Of a DNA stretch of 64,000 nucleotides, positions 1 to 11,101 are shown in pieces (within the stretch, counting starts at the first letter, position 1; every line of letters begins with the position of its first letter). Where the stretch lies: NCBI GenBank assembly GCA_037128715.1, contig JBAXVT010000001.1, forward strand, positions 5,075-69,074, written 5' to 3'. Position numbers and translations under genes: made by a program. The notes under the pieces are model-generated. The model worked only from the letters and a program-made list of their open reading frames with translations. It was not told where the DNA came from and did no database searches. The stretch comes from Actinomycetes bacterium (lineage in GTDB: Bacteria; Actinomycetota; Actinomycetes; Nanopelagicales; Nanopelagicaceae).

Positions 1-717
1 ACGGTGCTGGGCGAGAGCATCACCCACCCCGAGCGGTATCTCCCAAGTGTTGGTGCGATGATCGAAGGACCAGCCTTCTACCCAGGTCTCAGTGGAGCGG
101 AAAATCTCAAGGTATTAGCAACTCTTGGCGGTTTTCCTTCGGCACGAGTTGCAACGCTACTTGAGAAAGTTGGCTTATCAGATCGTGGCGGATCTAAGTA
201 CAAGACATATTCCTTAGGAATGAAGCAGCGTCTTGGTATTGCGGCTGCTCTACTCCCTAATCCAAAGTTGCTTGTGTTAGATGAGCCCACAAATGGTCTT
301 GATCCTTCTGGAATTCAAGAGGTACGAAATCTCATTAAAGATTTGGCTAGTGAAGGTACAAGCGTCTTCGTATCTTCACACCTCTTATCAGAACTAGAAA
401 TGATTGCGGAGTCGCTCGTAATGCTACGAGAGGGCAAAGTCCTCTTTGCCGGTCGAACCAAGGATTTATTAGCTGCGCAGGTAGCGACTCTTGTCGTGCA
501 ACCTGAATTTAGCGTTGATCTCAAAAAATTGGTGGACATTGCAATCCGCCACGGCCGAGAAGCCAGCGTTGATGATGGAGCCGTGCACATTGTGGCCGAC
601 GCTGATTGGTCTGCGACATTCAATCGCCTCGCATTTAATGCCGGTGTAACGCTTTCTGCGCTTACCGTCACGCAGCCAACCCTGGAAGAGACTTTCTTTG
701 AAATGACAGGTGAGTAA
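1..717 (+). CDS. ABC transporter ATP-binding protein, 5'-truncated by the window edge
   Basis: The ORF is open to position 1. It has the ABC signature YSLGMKQRLG and Walker B LLVLDEPTNGLD. No Walker A is present in the window, so the N-terminus lies upstream. Confidence 0.9.
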   Translation, partial: TVLGESITHPERYLPSVGAMIEGPAFYPGLSGAENLKVLATLGGFPSARVATLLEKVGLSDRGGSKYKTYSLGMKQRLGIAAALLPNPKLLVLDEPTNGLDPSGIQEVRNLIKDLASEGTSVFVSSHLLSELEMIAESLVMLREGKVLFAGRTKDLLAAQVATLVVQPEFSVDLKKLVDIAIRHGREASVDDGAVHIVADADWSATFNRLAFNAGVTLSALTVTQPTLEETFFEMTGE

Positions 718-719
718 TT

Positions 720-1511
720 ATGTTTAATGTTATGCGCGCTGAACTTCGAAAACTTCGTCGGCCTACACTTTTAGTCTCAACAATTCTCGTCGTTGCTGCG
801 CTTACGGCACTTTTTACTTCAATTGTTTACTTGCGCGCCAATTCTGGCGAGGGCAACGGGCAGCGCGGAGAAATTATCTCCCCTGCAATCTTGAGCCAAG
901 CTGCTGGCTTGGTTTATGGATTTAAAATTGTTTCATTCTTTCTCGGGATAACTGCGCTCTGCGTATTTGCCTCCCAGACCGCGCAGGAATACACCTTAGG
1001 AACGCTACGTAATCTGCTAGTTAGACAACCTTCGCGTATGAAGATTCTCTCCGGAAAATACTTCTCCATGATTATCTTTGCGATCGCACTTGTCACTATC
1101 GATGCCATCGTAGCTATCTCTGTTTCGTATGGCCTGGCCCCCCACGCGAAGGTCACGACAACCGCCTGGTTCACCTCCGCGGCGCTATCTCTCTTAGGCA
1201 GGACCTTCGTCAATGTGCTCATAACCACCATTGCCTTTGGAACCTTCGGAATGATTCTCGGTTTACTCTTCCGCTCTCCGATCAGTGCGATCTCTTCGGG
1301 AGTTATCTGGTCGCTTATCCTGGAAACGATTTTGGCTGGCGTTGTATCCAGTACTCAAAAGTGGTTGCCCGGTCAGAACTTCGACAATATCGCGCAAGGC
1401 GGCTCACTCACCGTGAGTTATCAGTGGTCGTTAGCTATCTCGGCTGCCTATTTAGTCGCAGGATTTGCGATTGTTGCGCTTCTCTTTAAACGTAGAGATG
1501 TAGCCAACTAG
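720..1511 (+). CDS. ABC-2 type transporter permease
   Basis: 263-aa polytopic hydrophobic protein that starts 2 nt after the ATPase stop. This is the typical ABC-2 exporter pairing. Confidence 0.75.
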   Translation: MFNVMRAELRKLRRPTLLVSTILVVAALTALFTSIVYLRANSGEGNGQRGEIISPAILSQAAGLVYGFKIVSFFLGITALCVFASQTAQEYTLGTLRNLLVRQPSRMKILSGKYFSMIIFAIALVTIDAIVAISVSYGLAPHAKVTTTAWFTSAALSLLGRTFVNVLITTIAFGTFGMILGLLFRSPISAISSGVIWSLILETILAGVVSSTQKWLPGQNFDNIAQGGSLTVSYQWSLAISAAYLVAGFAIVALLFKRRDVAN

Positions 1512-1590
1512 AGACACAGCCAATTCACACCGAGTCAATAGACCGTTCACGAGCCGTTATCAATTATCCTTAACTGTTACTTCCTCGTGA

Positions 1591-2844
1591 ATGGTTGGCT
1601 ATTTTATGTTTAATCGACGTCTTCGCATGGTTGCGCTATGCGCGGCAGTACTGATGTCGATTCCGACGATTTCGCTGGCAGCCACACCAACACCTACTGC
1701 GAAACCAAAACCAAAAGTTTCAGCGCCCACAAAGGCACAGATAGCTGCGGCACAAGCATCAGAAAATGCTAAGGCAGCAGCAGCTGCGGCAGCGACCTCA
1801 CAATTAAATTCTGCACAAAATTTATTGCAACAACTGGCCGCGGTCACTCTTCATAAGCAAGCGCTTCTCGTCTCAGCTCAAGGCGCACTTGCCGTTGCAA
1901 CAAAGCAATCAAACCTGGCGACCGCGCACGCGGCGCTCACTCAAGTAGCTGTTGCCGAAGCCAATAGGACGATTGGTCGGATGGCAGCCAGCGCCTACAT
2001 CATGGGTGGGGGCTTCACGACCCTTAATACCGTTTTAGAGTCAAATGGCCCACAAGATTTGGTAGATCGTCTCAGTCTTCTCGACCAAGTAGGAGCCACA
2101 GATTCGGTGGCGTTAGCGAGATATAAGAGCGCCCTCGTAATAGCAAAAGCTGCACAAGCCGCAGCTACTGCAGCGAAGGTTGCCCAGGCAAACGCAACAG
2201 CAAAGGTGGCCGCGGCAAAAGCAGCGGCAGTCGCCGCGCAATCTGCGCAAACGGCCGAGGTTGCAAAACTTCGCGCCATTCAAGGCAAACTTATGGTTGA
2301 ACTTGCGACGGCTCGCAATTTTAGAATCACCCTGCAACAACAGCTTGCTCTCTCGCAACTAGAAGAATCGAGTGCGGGTACCGCAGCGCATACAAAAGGC
2401 CAGGCAAAAATCTGGCCAGATCGCGGTTTTAAAGGTCGGTCTACAACACGAAGTACCGACGCAATTCGTACCAAAGCCGTTGCCTATGCTCGGATACAAG
2501 TATTGGCGCGTAAACCATATGTGTGGGGAGCGCAAGGCCCTAAGAGTTTTGACTGTTCTGGATTGGTTTACGCCGCTTATCGCGCTGCTGGCTTGGGGTA
2601 TCCAAATTGGTCACGCCTCAATGCCGCTCTCTACTTCGTGGATACTCAAAGAGTAAAACTCGACAATTTGATTCCAGGCGATCTCCTCTTTTATTCATAC
2701 GATGGTTCGATCCAAAATATTCATCACATCACCATTTATGCCGGAAATGGCATGATGTGGGAAGCAAACTCCAGGCGGACGGGTCTGATTTTCTCGAGTA
2801 TGTATAGCATCTCTGGTCTAATGCCTTCAGGTGGTCGGGTTTAA
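1591..2844 (+). CDS. Secreted NlpC/P60 peptidoglycan endopeptidase with a long Ala-rich coiled-coil N-region (RipA-like)
   Basis: Signal peptide MFNRRLRMVALCAAVLMSIPTISLAA, with an alternative start at 1606. The C-terminal NlpC/P60 core is YVWGAQGPKSFDCSGLVYAAY...HHITIYAGNGMMWEA. Confidence 0.85.
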   Translation: MVGYFMFNRRLRMVALCAAVLMSIPTISLAATPTPTAKPKPKVSAPTKAQIAAAQASENAKAAAAAAATSQLNSAQNLLQQLAAVTLHKQALLVSAQGALAVATKQSNLATAHAALTQVAVAEANRTIGRMAASAYIMGGGFTTLNTVLESNGPQDLVDRLSLLDQVGATDSVALARYKSALVIAKAAQAAATAAKVAQANATAKVAAAKAAAVAAQSAQTAEVAKLRAIQGKLMVELATARNFRITLQQQLALSQLEESSAGTAAHTKGQAKIWPDRGFKGRSTTRSTDAIRTKAVAYARIQVLARKPYVWGAQGPKSFDCSGLVYAAYRAAGLGYPNWSRLNAALYFVDTQRVKLDNLIPGDLLFYSYDGSIQNIHHITIYAGNGMMWEANSRRTGLIFSSMYSISGLMPSGGRV

Positions 2845-2861
2845 CAATTAGGCTTGGGGGT

Positions 2862-3809
2862 ATGAAGGCGACCCTTGCTATTCGACAGGCGGTACGACCC
2901 TGGGTACAAAGCGCTGATGCGCGAATTCTTATAGGGGTATCGGGCGGCGCCGACTCCATGGCGCTAGCTATTGCAACGCTGCTGGAATGCAAGAGCGCGG
3001 GGGTAGATCTCGTTGCAATTGTCATCGATCACCAACTGCAAGATTTATCTGGTGCGGTAGCAGAACGCACACACGCCGAGTTGTTGCGGATCGGCTTTGA
3101 ATCGGTAGAAATCATGACCGTCGTTGTTGATCTTCTCGATGGAATGGAAGCCTCTGCCCGGCGAGCGCGCTACCAGGCATTTGAAGCTGCAATTTCAAAG
3201 TATCACCCGGACTACTTCTTTCTAGCCCATACTAAGAATGATCAGGCCGAATCCGTTCTCCTGGGGCTAGCGCGCGGATCGGGGACCCGTTCACTCTCGG
3301 GGATGGCGGAGGTCAATGGTCTCTACATCAGACCTCTGCTCGAGATAGATCGAGAGACGACAGAGGCCACTTGTGCTGAAAATGGAGTCTCACCGTGGGT
3401 CGATCCCCAGAATTCAGATCTGCACTACGCCCGCGTTCGAGTGCGCAACGAGGTGTTACCGGTTTTAGAGAGAAACCTCGGCCCCAGGATCAGCGATGCT
3501 TTGGCGCGTAGCGCCAGGATCCTGCGGGAGGATGCCGACGCTCTAGATCTGCTAGCCACCGAATTCCTCACAGTGGGCGATCCCTTCGCGGTGGAAAAGT
3601 TGGCCCAACTACCCAAGGCAATCCGAATTCGCGTCCTTCGACTGGCAATTTACGCTGCCGGGGCTCCCGAGGGCTCCCTGAACGCGGAGCACCTGGCTCC
3701 AGTTGAGGCGTTTATCACCGATTGGCACGGCCAGGGGGAGATTTCCCTCCCCGGTGGTGTGAAGGTGGCTCGAATTTCGGGCAGACTTTCGCTCTTACAG
3801 CAGATCTAA
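2862..3809 (+). CDS. tilS: tRNA(Ile)-lysidine synthase
   Basis: PP-loop motif GVSGGADSMALA. It sits in the conserved tilS-hpt-ftsH order. Confidence 0.9.
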   Translation: MKATLAIRQAVRPWVQSADARILIGVSGGADSMALAIATLLECKSAGVDLVAIVIDHQLQDLSGAVAERTHAELLRIGFESVEIMTVVVDLLDGMEASARRARYQAFEAAISKYHPDYFFLAHTKNDQAESVLLGLARGSGTRSLSGMAEVNGLYIRPLLEIDRETTEATCAENGVSPWVDPQNSDLHYARVRVRNEVLPVLERNLGPRISDALARSARILREDADALDLLATEFLTVGDPFAVEKLAQLPKAIRIRVLRLAIYAAGAPEGSLNAEHLAPVEAFITDWHGQGEISLPGGVKVARISGRLSLLQQI

Positions 3810-3821
3810 AAAAGGAGCATC

Positions 3822-4373
3822 GTGGATTTAAGCACCGCAGGCGCAGATATCGATCGCGTCATAGTTACGGCCCCAGAAATCCAAACCCGCTTAAAAGAGC
3901 TCGCGCTGCAGATCGAGAGTGATTACGTCGATCGCGATCTCCTAGTCATTGGAATTCTTAAAGGCGCTGTGATGACCATGGCAGATTTAGTGCGCTCGCT
4001 TAATCGACATGTTGAAATGGATTGGATGGCGGTCTCCTCATATGGCTCCGGAACCAAATCCAGCGGTGTAGTTCGAATTCTTAAAGATCTCGATCGCGAT
4101 ATCACAGGACGCCATGTCTTAATTGTGGAAGATATTCTCGATACTGGATTGACCCTGGCTTGGCTTAAATCGAATTTACAATCGCGCGGAGCTGCGACCG
4201 TCGAAATCTTTACCATGTTGCGCAAGCCGGATGCCGCAAAGGTAACTGTTGATGTCAAATATGTTGGATTTGATATTCCCAATGAGTTTGTCGTCGGGTA
4301 TGGCTTGGATTATGGCGAAAAATACCGAAACCTTGATTTTATTGGAATCTTGGCAAAGGGCGTTTACTCCTGA
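3822..4373 (+). CDS. hpt: Hypoxanthine-guanine phosphoribosyltransferase
   Basis: PRPP-binding motif VLIVEDILDTGLTL, a GTG start preceded by AAGGAG, and a 183-aa length. Confidence 0.92.
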   Translation: MDLSTAGADIDRVIVTAPEIQTRLKELALQIESDYVDRDLLVIGILKGAVMTMADLVRSLNRHVEMDWMAVSSYGSGTKSSGVVRILKDLDRDITGRHVLIVEDILDTGLTLAWLKSNLQSRGAATVEIFTMLRKPDAAKVTVDVKYVGFDIPNEFVVGYGLDYGEKYRNLDFIGILAKGVYS

Positions 4374-4434
4374 TTTACCGGAAATTAATTCAATCCGAAT
4401 TCCGTTACCCGAGAGAAGATAATAGAGAAGAGCA

Positions 4435-6459
4435 ATGGTAGATAAAAAGATAAAACTTCCACGTAAGCGACTTCGCAAATTGATGCGCGGTCCGCTCTTT
4501 TGGATCGTGCTGGCCCTGGTACTAGTCGTTGCCTTGGGGAGAATCTCTGGAAGCGGCGCCGCTTACACCACCGTTGATACTTCAACTGTTCTCGCAGAAA
4601 TTTCACAAAATAAAGTCGAATCTGCCTTGATCGTGGATAAAGATCAGAAGATCCAAATAATTCTTAAGAGTGGTGAATCGGTTAATGGGGCTACCCATCT
4701 GGTGGCTTCTTATGTTGCCAATCAAGAGCAGCAAATCACCGAACTATTAACCAGCAATCCACCAACAAAGGCATGGAATGTAAAGGTTCCTACGACCTCA
4801 TTTATTGCGACGCTATTTTTTAGTTTCGCCCCCTTCCTGATTATTGGATTTATCCTCCTTCTCTTCATGTCTAATTCGCAGGGCGGAAATCGCATTTTTT
4901 CCTTTGGCCGCTCCAAAGCGAAGCTACAAACAAATGACGCTCCAAAGAGCACCTTTGCAGATGTTGCTGGTGCCGATGAAGCGGTCGCGGAGCTCCGTGA
5001 AATCAAGGATTTCCTCTCGGATCCCAAGAAATACCAAGATATTGGCGCCAAGATTCCCAAGGGAGTGCTTCTCTACGGGCCTCCGGGAACCGGTAAAACC
5101 CTACTAGCTCGCGCTGTTGCAGGTGAGGCTAACGTTCCCTTCTTCTCAATTTCAGGTTCGGAATTTGTGGAGATGTTTGTTGGAGTCGGTGCCTCCCGAG
5201 TTCGCGATCTCTTTAACAAGGCGAAAGAGGCTGCTCCCGCAATCATCTTCGTCGATGAGATCGACGCAGTCGGCCGCCAACGTGGCGCAGGCATGGGTGG
5301 CGGTAATGATGAACGCGAGCAGACCCTTAACCAACTCTTGGTGGAGATGGATGGATTCGAAGCAAATACCCAAGTCATTTTGATAGCTGCAACGAACCGA
5401 CCAGATGTACTCGATCCCGCAATTTTGCGTCCTGGTCGCTTTGATCGCCAGATTCCCGTTGATCGCCCAGACCTTCTGGGACGTAAAGCAATCCTAGAAG
5501 TTCACGCTAAAGGAAAACCCATCGCAAAGAGTGTGGACCTGGGCGAGATTGCAAAACGTACCCCAGGCTTTACCGGTGCAGATCTAGCCAATGTATTGAA
5601 TGAAGCGGCGCTACTCACCGCGCGCGAAAATGCAAAAGTTATTACAACGATGGCACTCGATGAGTCAATCGACCGCGTGATGGCTGGCCCACAGCGCACT
5701 AGTCGTTTAATGACAGAAGAAGAGCGTCGCATCACGGCGTATCACGAGGGTGGCCATGCGCTGGTAGCCCATGCTCTACCTAATACCGATCCTGTCCATA
5801 AGATTACGATCATGCCACGCGGTCGCGCCCTTGGTTACACCATGGTTCTTCCCGATGAGGATCGCTACGCAACTACGCGCAATCAGATGCTCGATCAACT
5901 TTCGTACTCTCTCGGCGGTCGCGCTGCTGAAGAGTTAATTTTTCACGATCCAACGACGGGTGCATCAAACGATATCGAGAAGGCAACCAACCTGGCGCGC
6001 GCGATGGTCACTCAATATGGAATGACCGAACGTATCGGTGCGATCAAACTTGGCAGCGGAGATGCCGATCCATTCCTTGGTCGCGATTACGGTCACCAAC
6101 GCGATTATTCTGAGGAGATCGCCGGAATTATTGATGAAGAGATCCATAACCTCATTGAGAATGCCCACCAAGAGGCCTTCAATATTCTCGTCGCCAATCG
6201 CGATATCTTGGATGAGTTAGTTGTCGAGTTGCTGGAGCGCGAGACCCTCCTCAAAGATGACATTGAGCGCATCTTTACCAAGGTGCGAATGGTTTCATCT
6301 CGTCCCGCTTGGACTGGCTCTCCAAATCGTTCACCTTCTACTCTTCCACCGGTAGGACTTGTCGCTGCCAAGCCGCAGGTAGATCCTGAGGCAATCGTCG
6401 CAAAACCTGTGCGCAAACCGCGGAAAAAAGCGGTACCTGCCAAGGTAGAAGAGGCCTAA
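4435..6459 (+). CDS. ftsH: ATP-dependent zinc metalloprotease FtsH
   Basis: AAA+ Walker [19 protein letters not shown], zinc site HEGGHA, two N-terminal TM segments and a Pro/Lys-rich C-terminal tail. Confidence 0.97.
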   Translation: MVDKKIKLPRKRLRKLMRGPLFWIVLALVLVVALGRISGSGAAYTTVDTSTVLAEISQNKVESALIVDKDQKIQIILKSGESVNGATHLVASYVANQEQQITELLTSNPPTKAWNVKVPTTSFIATLFFSFAPFLIIGFILLLFMSNSQGGNRIFSFGRSKAKLQTNDAPKSTFADVAGADEAVAELREIKDFLSDPKKYQDIGAKIPKGVLLYGPPGTGKTLLARAVAGEANVPFFSISGSEFVEMFVGVGASRVRDLFNKAKEAAPAIIFVDEIDAVGRQRGAGMGGGNDEREQTLNQLLVEMDGFEANTQVILIAATNRPDVLDPAILRPGRFDRQIPVDRPDLLGRKAILEVHAKGKPIAKSVDLGEIAKRTPGFTGADLANVLNEAALLTARENAKVITTMALDESIDRVMAGPQRTSRLMTEEERRITAYHEGGHALVAHALPNTDPVHKITIMPRGRALGYTMVLPDEDRYATTRNQMLDQLSYSLGGRAAEELIFHDPTTGASNDIEKATNLARAMVTQYGMTERIGAIKLGSGDADPFLGRDYGHQRDYSEEIAGIIDEEIHNLIENAHQEAFNILVANRDILDELVVELLERETLLKDDIERIFTKVRMVSSRPAWTGSPNRSPSTLPPVGLVAAKPQVDPEAIVAKPVRKPRKKAVPAKVEEA

Positions 6460-6461
6460 CC

Positions 6462-7088
6462 GTGGAGAACGAGATCACTCCGGTATCTATGGGTCCGCAT
6501 GACGGACAGGCACGCGCAGAATTCGATCAGGCGCGGGCGGAGCGAGCAGTCACCGAACTCTTATTAGCCATCGGCGAGGATCCCTCTCGTGATGGATTGC
6601 GTGATACTCCGGCACGAGTGGCACGGGCATATCGCGAGAACTTTGAAGGATTGTGGCAGAGCCCTGAAGACGTTCTTACGACCACCTTTGATATTGGCCA
6701 CAAAGAGTTAGTGATAGTTCGAGATATAGAAGTCTTCTCGCACTGCGAGCATCACCTAACCCCGTTTCATGGAGTAGCGCATATCGGTTACATCCCTGGC
6801 GAATCTGGTCGCATTACTGGCATCTCTAAGTTAGCTCGCCTCGTTGATCTGTATTCGCGCCGTCCACAAGTGCAGGAACGCCTTACAACTCAGATCGCCG
6901 ATGCCATGGTAGAAATTTTGAAGCCCGCAGGAGTCATCGTCATTATTGATTGTGAACACTTATGTATGTCGATGCGCGGAGTGAAGAAATCTCAAGCGCG
7001 AACTACAACATCTGCAGTACGCGGCCAGTTGCGTAATGCCGCCACCAGAGCCGAGGCAATGGCGCTGATTACAGCATCTGATCGCTAA
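6462..7088 (+). CDS. folE: GTP cyclohydrolase I
   Basis: Motif [13 protein letters not shown], followed directly by folP, folB and folK. Confidence 0.95.
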   Translation: MENEITPVSMGPHDGQARAEFDQARAERAVTELLLAIGEDPSRDGLRDTPARVARAYRENFEGLWQSPEDVLTTTFDIGHKELVIVRDIEVFSHCEHHLTPFHGVAHIGYIPGESGRITGISKLARLVDLYSRRPQVQERLTTQIADAMVEILKPAGVIVIIDCEHLCMSMRGVKKSQARTTTSAVRGQLRNAATRAEAMALITASDR

Positions 7089-7894
7089 TGTCGCCAAAAG
7101 AGAGCACGCTCGTTATGGGTGTACTCAACGTGACTCCAGATTCATTTGCTGATGGCGGAAGACATTTTGATTTTGAGGCGGCTATTGCGCACTGCAAAGA
7201 GATGATCGCGCAAGGGGTCGACATTATTGATGTGGGCGGGGAATCGACTCGTCCGGGATCAGAACGTATCTCCTTTGAAGAAGAGCGCGATCGCACTATC
7301 CCGGTGATCGTTGCCCTTAAAGAACTCGGTGCCACAATCAGCATCGACACCACCAGAGCAGAGATTGCCAAATTGGCGATAGGAGCAGGTGCAACTATCG
7401 TCAACGATATTAGCGCCGGAGCCTCCGACCCGCAGATGGCTCCGCTGATCGCCGCCAACCCCACAATTCAGTACATAGCAATGCATTCGCGCGGGGAATC
7501 TCGAGATATGCAAGCGCGAGCTATTTATAAGGATGTGGTGCAAGAGGTTAGGCAGGAGCTAGAAGAACGCGTGAGCGCCCTTATCGCACAAGGGGTCAAA
7601 CCAGAACAGATTATCCTTGATCCGGGAATTGGCTTCGCCAAGAACGGAGAACAGAACTGGGAGTTGTTGCGGAATATCGATCGCCTGCAATTATTGGGCT
7701 ACCCACTTTTGCTAGGGGTCTCGCGCAAACGCTTCTTAGGTGATTTAGTTAGCGCAGAGAATCCAGATGATCGGGATTTTGCCACCATCGCCCTTACAAC
7801 GGAGATGGCGCGCAAGGGAGTATGGGCGGTACGAACACATAGCGTGAAACCTCACGTCGATGCCATCAAGGTAGTGAAGGAGTTGTGGGGATGA
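7088..7894 (+). CDS. folP: Dihydropteroate synthase
   Basis: Motif MGVLNVTPDSFADGG and a TAATG overlap with folE. Confidence 0.95.
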   Translation: MSPKESTLVMGVLNVTPDSFADGGRHFDFEAAIAHCKEMIAQGVDIIDVGGESTRPGSERISFEEERDRTIPVIVALKELGATISIDTTRAEIAKLAIGAGATIVNDISAGASDPQMAPLIAANPTIQYIAMHSRGESRDMQARAIYKDVVQEVRQELEERVSALIAQGVKPEQIILDPGIGFAKNGEQNWELLRNIDRLQLLGYPLLLGVSRKRFLGDLVSAENPDDRDFATIALTTEMARKGVWAVRTHSVKPHVDAIKVVKELWG

Positions 7895-8250
7895 GCGACT
7901 ATATCGAGATTAAAGGAATCTCTGGTTTTGGTTATCACGGCCTCTTCGATTTCGAGCGGGAAAACGGTCAAAATTTTTCGGTGGATGTAAGGCTCGAATT
8001 AGAGAATAAGACCGCTTCAAGATCCGATGCGATAACCGATGCTGTCGATTATTCCAAGGTGGCGAAGCTCGTACATGAGTTTATTGTTGGGGAGCCAGTT
8101 AATTTGATTGAGCACCTGGCCCACATCATCGCATCCGAACTCTTGCGCACCTATCCACTCAAGGCCGTGGAAGTAGTGGTCCACAAGCCATATGCATCTG
8201 TAGGTGTTCCAGTCACCGATATCGCGGTACGCATTAAGCGTTCCGTATGA
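7885..8250 (+). CDS. folB: Dihydroneopterin aldolase
   Basis: 121 aa with GYHGLFDFERENGQNFSVDV. It overlaps folP by 10 nt. Confidence 0.9.
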   Translation: MGMSDYIEIKGISGFGYHGLFDFERENGQNFSVDVRLELENKTASRSDAITDAVDYSKVAKLVHEFIVGEPVNLIEHLAHIIASELLRTYPLKAVEVVVHKPYASVGVPVTDIAVRIKRSV

Positions 8251-8696
8251 AAGTTGTAATCGCGCTCGGATCTAATATGGGCGACACCAACTCTCATCTG
8301 CACCATGCGATCGATGAACTGGGCAAGAGCATTGAGATCAGAGCGGTCTCTAGTTTTTATAAGACCGCCGCGGTGGGTGGACCTAAGCAAGATGACTTCT
8401 TGAATGCAGTTATCGTGGGGGAGAGTGAGATGGATCCGCTTGATCTCCTGGTCGCAATGCAAGAAATTGAAGTCCTCGCTGGCCGCACTCGAGAGGTCCA
8501 CTGGGGGCCGCGTACTCTCGACCTTGACCTGATCGCCTGTGGGGATCTCGTGATTCAAGAACCACATTTAGAGCTTCCACATCCGCGGGCACATGAGCGC
8601 TCCTTTGTCCTAGAACCATGGTTTGAGATTGAACCAGGTGCCACCTTGGCCGGCCATGGATCTATTCGAGATCTCATCGCTGCGCTGAAGGAGTAA
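8247..8696 (+). CDS. folK: 2-amino-4-hydroxy-6-hydroxymethyldihydropterin pyrophosphokinase
   Basis: Motifs IALGSNMGD and GPRTLDLDLI, with an ATGA overlap with folB. Confidence 0.9.
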   Translation: MKVVIALGSNMGDTNSHLHHAIDELGKSIEIRAVSSFYKTAAVGGPKQDDFLNAVIVGESEMDPLDLLVAMQEIEVLAGRTREVHWGPRTLDLDLIACGDLVIQEPHLELPHPRAHERSFVLEPWFEIEPGATLAGHGSIRDLIAALKE

Positions 8697-8738
8697 ACTT
8701 TTCCCATTAGCCCGGTACCCCGAAAGGACTGGAGCACC

Positions 8739-9491
8739 ATGCAAGATTCCATCGCGCTTGTACCCACTATGGGTGCGCTTCACGCTGGCCACTTAGAGTT
8801 GATTAAACGCGGTCTTGAATTAAGTGAGTCAGTAATTGTTTCGGTATTTGTAAACCCACTGCAATTTGAGAACGCCACAGATCTTTCTAATTATCCGCGC
8901 GATCTCGCTGGCGATACAGAGAAAGCGCTAGCCGCGGGAGCCACACGGGTTTGGGCTCCGACTTACGATGATATTTACCCGGGAGAGATTGCCAAGATTT
9001 CTGCCGGTACTTTGGGAGAAGTATTTGAGGGTCGCTACCGCGTTGGACATTTTGATGGGGTACTGACTGTCGTAAACAGACTCTTTAATTATGTGAAACC
9101 CAACTACGCGATCTTCGGAGAAAAAGATTTCCAGCAGTTATTTATTATCAAGAGATGGGTCAAAGAGAACAATCTTCCGATAGAAATCGTTGCAGTTCCA
9201 ACGGTCCGTGATAACGATGGACTTGCTCTCTCTTCGCGAAATATTCAACTCACGCCTGAGGGTCGACGAACTGCATTGGTTATTAGTCGGGCTCTGCGCT
9301 CTGGCGATAGAGAGTCGATGCTTCGAATATTGGCTACTGAACCGAATTTTGAGGTCGATTACGCCGAGGTAATTGATGAAGTGACCTTCGAATTAGCACT
9401 TCCGGAGACCCAATTCCCGCGTGGAATTATCGCTGGTTGGGTAAATGGGGTCCGATTGATCGACAATATGCGTATGGGAAGTGGTCGATGA
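8739..9491 (+). CDS. panC: Pantoate--beta-alanine ligase (short N-terminus)
   Basis: Motif VPTMGALHAGH sits only 8 residues from the start. Also has FGEKDFQQ. Confidence 0.9.
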   Translation: MQDSIALVPTMGALHAGHLELIKRGLELSESVIVSVFVNPLQFENATDLSNYPRDLAGDTEKALAAGATRVWAPTYDDIYPGEIAKISAGTLGEVFEGRYRVGHFDGVLTVVNRLFNYVKPNYAIFGEKDFQQLFIIKRWVKENNLPIEIVAVPTVRDNDGLALSSRNIQLTPEGRRTALVISRALRSGDRESMLRILATEPNFEVDYAEVIDEVTFELALPETQFPRGIIAGWVNGVRLIDNMRMGSGR

Positions 9492-11101
9492 AGTTGTTCG
9501 CGGGGGCTCCAGGATGGACGACCCGCGCCGACGTAATCGTGATCGGATCCGGGGTCGCTGGATTAACTACTGCTCTTAATGCCCGTGCCGCCAATCTCTC
9601 CGTCTTGTTGGTAACAAAAGCGCTGATCGATGAAGGTTCTACTAAATGGGCACAGGGCGGAATTGCTGCGGCGCTCGGACCAGGAGATACGCCAGAGGAG
9701 CATCGAGAAGACACTTTGATTGCTGGTGCTGGTCTCTGCGATATTGATGCGGTCAACGTTTTAGTTACCGAAGGCCCCGAAGCCGTTCGGAAATTGATTG
9801 CGCGCGGCGCGGTCTTCGACAAGGCCGAGAGTGGTGAGATTGCTTTGACTCGCGAAGGCGGGCATCATCGCAATCGCATATTGCATGCTGGTGGAGATGC
9901 AACTGGAGCGGAAGTTTCACGCGCATTATTAGCTGCGGTCCACAATGATTCTGGAATTGAAGTTATCGAACATGCTCTGGTGATCGACGCCTTAAAGTCG
10001 GCTGAAGGACAGGTCTGCGGAGTAACTCTCCATGTCATCGGAGCCGGTTCAAGTACAGGAGTTGGACGCGCATTAGCTCGTGCGGTAGTAATCGCCACTG
10101 GTGGGCTAGGACAGGTGTATTCACAAACAACAAATCCCTCAGTCTCAACGGGTGATGGTGTGGCCCTCGCTTTACGCGCCGGCGCGGCAGTTGCAGATGT
10201 GGAATTTATTCAATTCCATCCCACCGTTTTATGGCGCGACACCTCACAGGCGGGGCAACAACCGCTGATTAGTGAGGCGGTTCGCGGCGAAGGAGCGATC
10301 CTGCTCAACCACAGAGGTGAAAAATTTATGGCGGCGGTTCATCCGCAGGCGGATCTGGCACCGCGGGATATCGTCGCAAAAGAGATCTTCAACCAGATGC
10401 GTGAGGCGCATGTCCCCCATATGTGGCTGGATGCGACCTCCGTTAGAGATTTTGCGGGTCGATTCCCGACGATCTATGCCTCATGTATGGCTAACGGTAT
10501 TGATCCCGAAAAGCAGTTGATTCCCGTTGCCCCTGCATCACATTACGCATCAGGGGGGGTTCTCGTCGATCTCAATGGAGAGAGCACAGTTCCCGGTCTC
10601 TATGTCTGCGGCGAGAGCGCATGCACAGGCGCGCACGGAGCTAACCGGCTTGCATCCAATTCACTTCTAGAAGGGTTGGTATTCGGTGCTCGTATCTCCG
10701 AACATATCGCTGCCCACTTAGCAGCGCAGACCGAACCAGTTGAAGATTCTGAAGAAGAACGCGTCTTAATTGACCCGAGTATTCGCATTCCATTACAACT
10801 TGCAATGAGTGAAGGCGCTGGTGTTATGCGCTCTACGAAAAGTCTCCAAGCGACTCTCACCACACTTGAGCAACTCGGCAAGCGGCGGATAGATAAACCT
10901 GGGGTAGATGCGTGGGAGGTATCAAACCTTTACTTCCTAGCGACTGCCATCGTCCGTTCTGCTTTGGAGCGCAAAGAATCGCGAGGCTCGCATTGGCGCA
11001 GTGATTTCTTAGAGACCCACAAAGAATGGCAGAAGAGAATTATTCAACGGTTGGATAAAGATGGAACTTGGAGTTCAACTTTTGAGGTGGTGAAACCATG
11101 A
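9488..11101 (+). CDS. nadB: L-aspartate oxidase
   Basis: FAD fold VIVIGSGVAGL and RESRGSHWR near the C-terminus. I chose the ATG at 9488 (ATGA overlap with the panC stop) over the longer ORF that begins at 9437. Confidence 0.92.
   Translation: MKLFAGAPGWTTRADVIVIGSGVAGLTTALNARAANLSVLLVTKALIDEGSTKWAQGGIAAALGPGDTPEEHREDTLIAGAGLCDIDAVNVLVTEGPEAVRKLIARGAVFDKAESGEIALTREGGHHRNRILHAGGDATGAEVSRALLAAVHNDSGIEVIEHALVIDALKSAEGQVCGVTLHVIGAGSSTGVGRALARAVVIATGGLGQVYSQTTNPSVSTGDGVALALRAGAAVADVEFIQFHPTVLWRDTSQAGQQPLISEAVRGEGAILLNHRGEKFMAAVHPQADLAPRDIVAKEIFNQMREAHVPHMWLDATSVRDFAGRFPTIYASCMANGIDPEKQLIPVAPASHYASGGVLVDLNGESTVPGLYVCGESACTGAHGANRLASNSLLEGLVFGARISEHIAAHLAAQTEPVEDSEEERVLIDPSIRIPLQLAMSEGAGVMRSTKSLQATLTTLEQLGKRRIDKPGVDAWEVSNLYFLATAIVRSALERKESRGSHWRSDFLETHKEWQKRIIQRLDKDGTWSSTFEVVKP

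Noticed and set aside
1512-1590. Cyclic-di-AMP (ydaO-type) riboswitch, which often precedes actinobacterial cell-wall hydrolase genes
   Set aside because: The gap is only 79 nt, too short for the ~130-nt element. It contains just one 8-bp inverted repeat (TTCACGAG/CTCGTGAA) that overlaps the start region.
1599-2474. Cluster of antisense and alternative-frame ORFs rich in Ala/Cys/Arg, plus apparent DNA repetitiveness
   Set aside because: They are a by-product of the GCN-rich Ala coiled-coil region of the NlpC/P60 gene. I could not see any real tandem DNA repeat unit.
8694-8741. folK stop (TAA) and panC ATG are in the same frame with 14 sense codons between them, suggesting a read-through FolK-PanC fusion
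   Set aside because: A same-frame arrangement has a 1-in-3 prior, and 14 stop-free codons is unremarkable. There is no read-through context or structure, and the spacer encodes nothing resembling the missing PanC N-terminus.
9437-9487. Longer nadB ORF starting at 9437 inside panC
   Set aside because: The ATG at 9488 gives the usual short lead-in to the FAD-binding GSGVAGL motif and forms an ATGA coupling with the panC stop. The extension has no homology-like features.
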